Of a DNA stretch of 20,000 nt, positions 1 to 9,600 are shown piece after piece. A program made the translations under genes and the position numbers. Numbering within the stretch: position 1 is the first letter of the stretch; each line of letters begins with the position of its first letter. The notes under the pieces were generated by a model that saw only the letters and a program-made list of their open reading frames with translations, did not search any database and was not told the origin of the DNA. The DNA comes from an uncultured virus (IMG/VR IMGVR_UViG_3300023119_001136) (taxonomy: Duplodnaviria; Heunggongvirae; Uroviricota; Caudoviricetes). The DNA is taken from positions 54,084-74,083 of IMG/VR virus record IMGVR_UViG_3300023119_001136; one strand, given 5' to 3'.

Positions 1-18
1 TTGATAACGTGTTAGCAT
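1..18 (-). CDS. 5' end of a gene running off the left edge (MLTRYQ...), function unknown
   Basis: ATG at 18-16 with an AGGAG Shine-Dalgarno at 30-26, just downstream of the stop of the 57-aa ORF. Only 6 codons are visible. Confidence 0.6.
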
Positions 19-42
19 ACGTCTGCTCCTTTACTTTGCTAG

Positions 43-216
43 TTATACTCCTGGAGTTCCTAAACCGCCAAATGTTGAACTCATAGGAATTGTTGTACCA
101 CTTGAGATACCCAAGTAGCTACCCAAAAAACTCATTGTAATTGGGGTTGTTGAAGAGCCAAAATAGTTTCTAATTTGACTCATAGTAATTTGTGATCCTG
201 TTGGAGGTAATGCCAT
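43..216 (-). CDS. 57-aa small protein MALPPTGSQITMSQIRNYFGSSTTPITMSFLGSYLGISSGTTIPMSSTFGGLGTPGV; putative tail-fibre-associated virion protein
   Basis: Hand-translated from ATG 216-214 to TAA 45-43, with an AGGA SD-like site upstream. Below the ORF-track size cutoff. The MALPxxG-x-I-x-MS-x-I N-terminus resembles small proteins I recall downstream of S74-bearing phage fibres. Confidence 0.8.
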   Translation of the reverse strand: MALPPTGSQITMSQIRNYFGSSTTPITMSFLGSYLGISSGTTIPMSSTFGGLGTPGV

Positions 217-246
217 AAGTGATCCTATCTACAGTTAATATAATAT

Positions 247-275
247 ATACTAACTGCAAATAGAATCTTTGTCAA
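247..275 (-). promoter_or_regulatory. sigma70-type promoter: -35 TTGACA (275-270), 17-bp spacer, -10 TAGTAT (252-247)
   Basis: Perfect -35 hexamer, canonical spacing and a near-consensus -10 in the intergenic gap, pointing at the 57-aa ORF. Confidence 0.65.
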
Positions 276-284
276 GAACTTTTT

Positions 285-656
285 TTAATTTTTTTCAATT
301 AATTTTTGCACCATTGCTTTAAGTTCAGCAATCTCAGCAGCCTGCGCTTCAATTTTGTCATCTGCTTCTTTTACTGCTTCGATTAGCAACGGAACCATAC
401 GCTCATACTTAACTGTTAGATAGTCTTCGCCTGACTTACTGTTACCATCTTCGTCTAAGTCGAACGGTGCAGCAACAACTGCTTCTGGTAGTACCTTTTG
501 TACTTCTTGAGCACTAACACCTACTTGTGTATTGTCATTGTTGTATCCGTACTTCTTAGCAGTTTCGTTTTCAACATATAGATAACCATTAAGTGCTTTT
601 ACTTTATCAAGGGCGCCTTCTAGTTTACCTGTGAATGTTTTCAAACGTTCGTCTGA
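285..656 (-). other. Peptidase S74 (intramolecular chaperone, autocleaving) domain, aa ~3245-3367 of the giant fibre
   Basis: SDERLK cleavage-site motif (Ser codon 656-654), G.SAQEV..VLPEAV, Y.R..PLLIEA.KE and a terminal coiled coil. Confidence 0.85.
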
Positions 657-3600
657 GTAGTATGCTGTAACTTCGCTTGTTGCAAGCAATTGACCGTTTA
701 CATACCAACCTTCGTTTTGTGCTCTTGCTTTCCATGCACCATTATAGTAGATGTATGTGTAAGAGTTTTGTTGTCCGTATAAAGACCACTCGTTATTAGT
801 ATCGTTATAGATACCGTAAGCGCCCGCACCATTTGACATAAACACCCAGTCATCTCTAATAGACCACCCTGCGTATGATCCGCTTGTACCGTATACACCT
901 TCTGCTCTGAATGTACCATAGTTCTGTCCATTAGCAGGAGCAATATAGTTAGAAGTGTTACCACCGATACCAATAACATTTTTAACCATCAAGTTACCGG
1001 CAGTAGTAAGTGACATAGCACCATCAGATGCTGCATCGCTTGTATCTCTCCACAGGAAGCCTCTATCATTATCAGCGTTCATAGTAAATGTCATTGCATA
1101 GTCGTTAAGCCAACCATAACTTTGAGCACTTATCATACCAATTGTATATGAACTCGAACTCCAAACCCTGAGCTTATCGTATGAGTTGCCACCATAACCG
1201 TCAATTAAGCCAATGTTATAGCGTGTACTAGGACTAAATCTATCTGGGAATGTACCACTTGTAATGTTACCAGCATTGATACTAGTAATACTTGCACCAT
1301 TACCACTAAACGTACCACTAATAGTACCACCGTTGGTAATATTGTTTGAGTTCATATTCAATGTTGATCTCAATGTAGGAACAGCATTTCCAGTACCTAA
1401 ATACAAGGTATTTGCACTATGATCTCTCCAAATATAGTTTGTTGTGCCGTCTGTAGTATCTTGAACAATAAAGTCTGCATCGTTAACTTTAATCGTAGTA
1501 GCACCGTTGTCTACTCCTGCACCGTTAACAAAATCACCAATGTCTTGTCCGTCAACTGTATCAGCATCTAGACCTGAACCTGCACCATCATTGCCAGCAT
1601 GCCATACTTTATTACCGTTAACATAGAAGTCACCCGGTCCATCGATAGCAACCATTAGGTTTGGTTCTGTTGTTTGGAACTTAAATGACGCACCGTATCC
1701 ACTACCAACTGAAGCACCGTCTGAATGTTCAAAGTTTAGTCTACCATACTGTGTATTTGATGCGTGGTCAGTAAAGTCGATTCTTGCGCCGCCTGCGTTA
1801 GTTGTGTTTCTAATAACAAGTCTTTGTGCGCCAGAGCCTACCAAACTAATAACGCCACTTGCTGTATCATTTGCATCTGAACGTAAGAACTGTGTACTAT
1901 CAATACCGTCTAGCGTATCTGCACTAACATTTGTAAGCCCACTACCGTTACCAGTAAATGTACTTGTACCAATGTTAATGTTACCAAAGCCGCTTGTGAT
2001 TTGACCTGCATTTAGAGCACCTGTACCTGTGATACTTGTATAACTACCACTAATTCTTGCGTTAGGTACTGTACCGCTTGACAAGTTACTTGCATTTAGT
2101 GATGTTAATCCGCTACCATTACCTGTAATTGTTCCACCAACATGTAGGTTTTTAGCAATACCAACACCACCACTTACTTTTACAGCACCAGTTGTTGTGC
2201 TACTTGCTTGAGTTGTGTTTGAGAACGTCTTAATACCACTCATTGACTGGTTGCCACCTAGTCTTGCTCCAGCAACAGTACCACTTGACAAGTTACTTGC
2301 ATTTAGTGTTGTCAATCCACTACCGTTACCAGTAAATGTACTTGTACCAATATTAATGTTACCAAACCCGGAACTAATTGCACCTGCGTTTAGCGTACCT
2401 ACAGCATCAATGTCAGTTTCGTGTTGTGTTACACTTGAACTTGAAATTCTACCATCTGGTACAGTTCCGCTTGTAAGTTGGCTTGCATTAAGTGCAGTAA
2501 GTGAAGAACCAACACCTGCAAAGCCTGTAGTACCACTGAATGATAGTGTTGTAGTGTTAACAGTTAGTCCTACACCTGGTATTCTTACATTTGCATGTGA
2601 AGCATTACCTAATGTAATTTCATTGTTTGTTGTGTTTGCTGTTGGTGCAGCATCTTTACCAATAACAATGTTATTACTACCTGTTGTAATTGTTGCACCT
2701 GCGCCGTAGCCAATAATTACGTTATTACTTGCATTTGCAATTTCTAGTGCTTTATATCCAATAGCAACGTTTGCATTAGCAGTAATTGAGTTTTGCATAC
2801 TTTCAGCACCGATTGCTGTATTACCGCCTGTTGCTGCATCAATTTGTGAAAGGGTATATGCACCCATTGCTGTGTTATTTGCTGAAGCAGTAGCTAATGC
2901 AAGAGCATCTTTACCAACACCTGTGTTTTGATTACCTGTTAATACAGCACCAAATACACCATCTCCGACTCCAACTGAGTCAATACCAGTTGTTACAGCA
3001 GCACCGCCTCCTGCAAAGAAGTTGGTAGCACTACTGCCGCCACCTTCGCCAATTAAGTGTCCGTTTACTGTGATATCACTTGTAAATGTTTTGCCTGATT
3101 GTGAAGTAGGAAGCACTGCATCTGGGATAGTACCACTTAGTAACTGAGACGCATTTAAGTTTGTTAGTCCGCTACCATCACCGTATATAATACCACCAAC
3201 TCTAAGTTTTTTAGCAATACCAACACCGCCTGCTACAACTAAAGCACCGTCTGTTGCTAGAGTAGATTCAGTTGTGTCGCTGACTGTTACAATTGTACTC
3301 GTTGCAAAATTAATGCCTGTACCTGCATCTTTTTGAATTGTATCTAAACTAATTGTACCAACATTTGTGATGTTATTGTCATTAAAACTAGTAGCCCCTA
3401 GGCTTACTGTTCCTGTTGCTGTTAGATTTGATGATCCAATGTTAATATTACCAAAGCCTGAACTTATTGCACCAGTATTAAGTGTTCCTACAACAGTTAA
3501 ACTTGAGTTTACAATATTTGCACCTAGTGTTGTAGAATTTAGAACACTTACGTCATTGATATAATATGCTTTACCGCTTACAAGATTAATGTCTTCGCTT

Positions 3601-6600
3601 GAATCCCAACTAGTGTTTGTAGCATCATAAGTCCATGTTGCATTTGCAGCGTCTACAGTAAGTCCTGCGCCGTCTGCTGCGGCAGCATTCGCTGCGCCCT
3701 TTGCTACTGTAATGTTTAAATCTTCAACATCTAGTGTAGTTGTGTTGAGTGTAACAGTTGTTCCGTTTACAGTTAAATTACCGTCAATAGTAGTGTCACC
3801 TGTTGTAAAGTCAATTGTAAATTTGTTTAAACCGTCACCAAACAGTAAGTTACCAGTTGATGCAACTTGCATACGCTGTGTACCAGCAGTGTAAAAATCT
3901 AGTTCATCGTTATCTGCACCAGCACTACTTTCTGCTTCAATTTTAGTATCTTGGTCTACATCTTTCACACCACCTAGTGATCCCCAGTTACTTCCATCGT
4001 AACCTTCAAATGTACTATCGCTAGTATTATAACGAATTTGACCTTGTGCTGCTGCTGTACTTACACCAGTTTCGCCCGGACGTTGAGCACTTGTACCTAC
4101 TGGAATTTTTAAACCAGTACTTGTTGTAAATACTGCATAACCTGTATAAGTTAAGACGCCACTTGTGTCAATACGTAATCTTTCTGTAGGACTTTGAATA
4201 AAATCGCTTGTTGTTGTAACTGTACCAGTTTCTACAACAAAGTCACCACCTGTACCTGCGCCAGTACCAAGGCCGCCTATAATTTTAATTTCGCCGCCGC
4301 CGATATCTGTACCAATACCTGCTGCGCCGTGTATCTCAACATCTGCTGGTGTTGCACTTGCTTCTGCATCACCAAAAATTACTTTTTGATGTTTAACAAT
4401 TAGTTTATTATTAATTTCTGCACTACCTGCAACGCCGCCTGAACTACTTACTGTAACATTTAATTCTGTTTGCACAGTAAACGAAGTTGCATTAATTGTT
4501 GCCCCTAATACTGGCCATGTACCATCTAGTGAAGCAACACCGCTGCTTGCAATAGTTACAAAATCACCTGCTCTAATACCTAACACTTCTGGTGTGTAAG
4601 TAAATGTTAATGAAGTTGTTGTAGGAATAGTACCTACTGTAGGTTTGTCAATATATACAACATCATCTGCAACACCTGATACTACTGTGTTTGCTTGTAT
4701 ACTTGCACTTCCTGTAACAACCATACCAACTTCAATTGTTGCTGTGCTAGAAAGCGGAATAAAGTCGTCTGTGTTGTTTACGTTTTCATTTGTTGTTCTA
4801 GAAAATCCGTTTAAGTTGACAGCAACAACTTGACTTGTTGCAGCATCATATCCGTCAATAAATGAAGTGATTGCTCTAGTTGTTGTGCTTGCACCAATTC
4901 TAGTTACATCTGCTTCGCCGCTTATTTCAACAGTTGTAAGATTTTCGTTGTAAACCTTACCAGTAGCAGTACTCTTAGAACCTGTATCTGCTGCACCGAT
5001 ATCTAAACTATCTATGATATCAACCGCATCACCCCACACAGGATAACCACCATCTACTACAAGTATATTTCCTTCTCTACCAATATTAAGAGAATTAAGT
5101 GTACCTGATGTTTGTGCATAAATTAAATCACCATCAGCATATGTACTTAGGTTAGTACCGCCTCTGTTAACAGGTACATTACTTGTTAGGTTAGCAGGAT
5201 TGAGGAAATAACTGCTATCTAAACCGTCTAATGTACCTGCATCAACAACACCATCTTTGATAAACACTTGGCCTGACCCAGCAGCGTCAACATCAAATTG
5301 TGCTTGGAAGAATCTACTTGTACCTAGTGTAGAATATGTTCCACCTGGGTCATAATCAGCATTTGAAATACCAATATCTACTGCACCATAATAATCGCCA
5401 CTGGTATTAGGACCAGTAAGTGTAATTGGATTATCAGTTGTGCTGGCTTTTGTAAGGGTTTGAACTGCAACAGCATAAGCACTGTCACCTCTTAAGAATG
5501 TGTCACTACTTGCAATACCGCTTGCACCTAATCTGCTTGGTGATATAGTACCTGAAATAATGTTACTTGCATCAATGTTTGTAACAGCAAGAGTGTTCCA
5601 GTTTGCTTTCAATCTACTTGATGTATTGATTACTACATTAACTTGCACATTGTTTGGAATAACCTCCGCATCGCCTGTACCAGTTGCAGTAATATCTGAA
5701 GCATTTGTTACAAGTCCGTTAATACTGCTTAAAGCATCTGATCGTAGTGTATGTAGTGTAACACTGTTAGTTGTAACAGAACCAATAAAGAATCTTGCAC
5801 CTGATACAACTTGAACACCGTTTATAGAAAATAGTCCAGTTCCAGAACTTCCATCATCTTCTTCTTCTATTCTAATAGCGTCACCAGTTGTTAAACCGTG
5901 GTTCGGAACAATAATACTGTTATCATAAATGTTAACGTTAAATCTTGTCCATTGATGAGCATTATTAGCAGGAGTTGTTAAAAATTCAATTTGATTTAAC
6001 AAACTAAAATCTTCGTATACTTCGATAGTGTCTGCGTCAATACGCTTTGCATAGTACACACTACCATTTAGTAGTCCGCCGATTGCAACATTACCTAATG
6101 TATTATATCTAATAGGATCACCGTCTGTGTACCCATGGGCTGTCATTGTAATTCTATCGAGTGTATAGTCAACATTACCACCGCCTCCTGTGGTACCTGC
6201 TAAAAACTGATTTACAATGCTATCATCTAGTGTGATATTAATTTTAGAACTTACTGCATCATTGTCTTCAATAAAGTCAATTGACGATGCACTTGCTACG
6301 TAAAGTTCACCGCCTAAAATGTTTACATAAGCTCTATCCTCAATAGCAGCAATTTCAATTTCAAAACCACTACCTGTGCCGCCTACATCGCTTGCATTTA
6401 ATTCAAGTAAATCACCTACTGCGTAGCCTGTGCCACCTCTACGTAAATCAACATCGCTGATTTGTCCTGCTGTAACAGTAACATCTGCTTTTGCTCCTGT
6501 ACCTACTCCAGTCTTTGCTTGCAAGTCTACCATTTCGTAAACAAGAGTACCTAGTGTAGGTGTATAACCACTACCGCCAGTGATATTAGCGTTATCTACG

Positions 6601-9600
6601 TTTGTACATATACCATAACGTGTTTCTGTAACTGCACCTTGTGCGTTACCGTCCGCAGAAGTAACAATGGTCCTTACTGTACCTGTTGCTGATTTACTGC
6701 CTTCATTAGATCCTGTATTTGCAATTGTAAAGGTTGTCGAACTTGGTACACTTGTAACTAGGCCATTTACGTTGTAAAGTGTATCATCACACTCAACTTC
6801 AACGTTATTACCAATTGATAGATTATGGTTGCCGCTTGTTGTAATTGTAGCAACATTACTTGTTCTTTCAACATCTGTAATTGTTTCAACTGTAAAGTTG
6901 AAAGGCGCACCACTTGAATCTAATACTAGATACTGACTAGAGTTAGAACTTTTTAAGAAGAAGTTATCGGTAATTTCTGATACTGCACCAAGTGTTAATG
7001 GTGCTTGTCCAGAGTCAACACCCGCAATAAAGATATTGTTTGTAGTATCAAAGTCAGTACCTGTTGAGTCTTCACCTGGTTTGAATTGATTATCTAAGCT
7101 AGCAACTAGTAGGTTAGTTGATGAAGCATAATCACCTTTTGCATATCCAACGGCTCCTGTTGTCGGTTGTGTAATTAAATCACCGTCAGTTGCTGAAATT
7201 GGTGATGAAAACGTTAATTCAATCTGATCATATTCTTCAGTACCAATATCACCTGCTTTTAGATCAATTGCTGGAATTTCATCAACTTGTGTAAGCCTTG
7301 ACAAATATCCATCTGTGTTTGTACTTGTAAACTGTCTTGTAGCAGGAATCAAATCTGGGTTCAACTGACCGTTAGTATTCAACTGAACAATAGCACCTGG
7401 AACTGCCGCTGTTGACACAGATTTATCAATAAATCCGCCCAATCTGTTTGATAAGAAACTTCTTGTTGCTAACTGTGTAGATAGTCTTGCATCACTTGGA
7501 CCGCCGATTTCATCGTCACCTAAGTTAACACTTGTTGAAATTTCTTCAATAGCAACATTAGAAAGACTTAGTCTCAAAGCATCAAGTTCGTCCACTTGAA
7601 CTTTGTTTCTAAATGTAATGTTACCAGTTCTGTTGAACGCTGTAATAAAGTCACCAACTTTAAAGTCACCAAGTTCGTTTGTACCTGATGAGTAACAACG
7701 TCCTGGTAATTCTTCAAACTGTTCAAATTCAGTTCTTGTGTTACCGCCGTTTTGTGGTAGTGCGTTATAGTCTGTACCTGACCCTGCAAATTCCCAAGTA
7801 TGTGATGATGAGTTAACAATTGAAGGTCTATGTAACCAAATTGCTTTCTCAGGAAGTGCAACTAGATTTGTTAGTAGTTCGCCTGCAACTGTAGGTTCGA
7901 TTGTAAATGTTGCAGTTGAATAACCATTAAATGGTTGAACTTCATTTACACCGATATTTGAAAAAGGACTAGGTGTATGATCATCATCAATAATACTTAA
8001 ATTACTAAATTGCACTCTTTGTGTAGATTCACCTACTGCAACTTCTTCAATTGAAACTACAAGTTCTCTAAGATTAGGTGTCCAACTATATACAATAGCA
8101 CGGTTATTTGCTGCGCCTGTTGTAGCAGTAATTTGTCTACCTGGAACAAATGCATAACCTTCACTACCTGATGGTAAAATAAGCTTTTGATATGTTGTGT
8201 GACTTGAAATAACTTCTTTTACAAAGAATTCTTTGATGTTTGTAAGGAATTTGTGAGTACCGCTAGATGTTGCAATAATATTAACATCAAACTCTAAACT
8301 GTCATCAAATGTCAAACTAAATTCATTTAGGTTGATTAGTTTTACATAATAGGTTTGCTCTTCGTCAAGTCCTTGAATTGGAGGATTTCCGTTAGCACTA
8401 TATACAACTTGTTCACCATTTACAAGTCCGTGTGATGTTTTTGTAAAAATATTTGTTACTTCAGAAACACCTGATCCACCATTAATTAAAACTTCATCGG
8501 GCGGATCTTTAAATTGATTTGTGATTTCACCTTCTGAACTTACGTCAAACGATGCTGGAATACTGTCTGGATCTGAAATTGCATCTTTTATCAAATCGAA
8601 CAGTTCATCTACGTATGCTCTAGGCTCACTATCAAGATCTGTAAGTACAATGCCTGTTAGTCTACTTGCTTCTTCAATTGCATCAATTGTTTGTTCTTCT
8701 TGTCCACTGATAGTAATGTTAGAACTATCTGCGATACGTTGTGAATAGTATGCAAGTGCTGCCTGTCTAGTCAAAGCGTTAGCAGTTGCCCATGTATCTC
8801 TACTCACAGCATCTAATATAATACTTAAATCCCTACGACACTTTGCTTCATCGTAATTAAACAAATACCATATATCGCCAGGCGTTGCTGCTGCAACACT
8901 GTTTGTGATGTAAGTTATAGTATCGTCAATAATATTTTGTGTTTCACCTTGAATAAGATCGTAAGCAATTTTATATTCAGGATCTCTAAAGCGTAAAACG
9001 AATTCTTCAACTGGTGCAGTACGGTTTAAACCGACAATACTAATTGTTTGTAAGCCTTCACTTTGACCTGTTGCTGTAACATAAGCACGGTCAAACACAA
9101 ATGCTTTAGGTGAATAACCTGATGAACGTAGTGCATACAAACCAAAGTTTGTAGCAGAGTTAGTAATTGAACAATAACCACCTGACTGTGTATAAACACC
9201 GTTGAGTAGGAAAATTTGGAAACAAGACACGATCTGTGCGTAAGCATCATTGAGTAGTCGCCAGCCTGTACCTCCAAAACTAAGCATAGTAAATGCGTTA
9301 GCAACCATCGACTTACCTTGTTCAGGTGTAGCGCCAATTACTGGATTTTCTTGTTCGATAGGAATCAAACCGATGTTTGGAGAAACAATCTTAGCACCAT
9401 CAATTTTAGCACCGTTTAGACCAAGGAAGGAAAGAATTGAACAGTTTTGGACATACGGTGATGTTGTAATAAAAGGAGCAGTATCAGGTAGATTTGTGTA
9501 ACCTACTCTGTCTACAGTTGCATCAGACGGATCGTCAAATGCAACACAGTAATCACCTGTCCATAACGGAACAAAATTAGCATCAACCTTGTCTCTAAAT

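Noticed and set aside
1939..2366. Near-identical repeats in a fibre with an Mtd_N-like start, considered as a diversity-generating retroelement TR/VR pair
   Set aside because: Both copies are in-frame coding, short and not at the C-terminus. The mismatches are synonymous C/T on the coding strand rather than adenine-specific, and no reverse transcriptase is present in the window.
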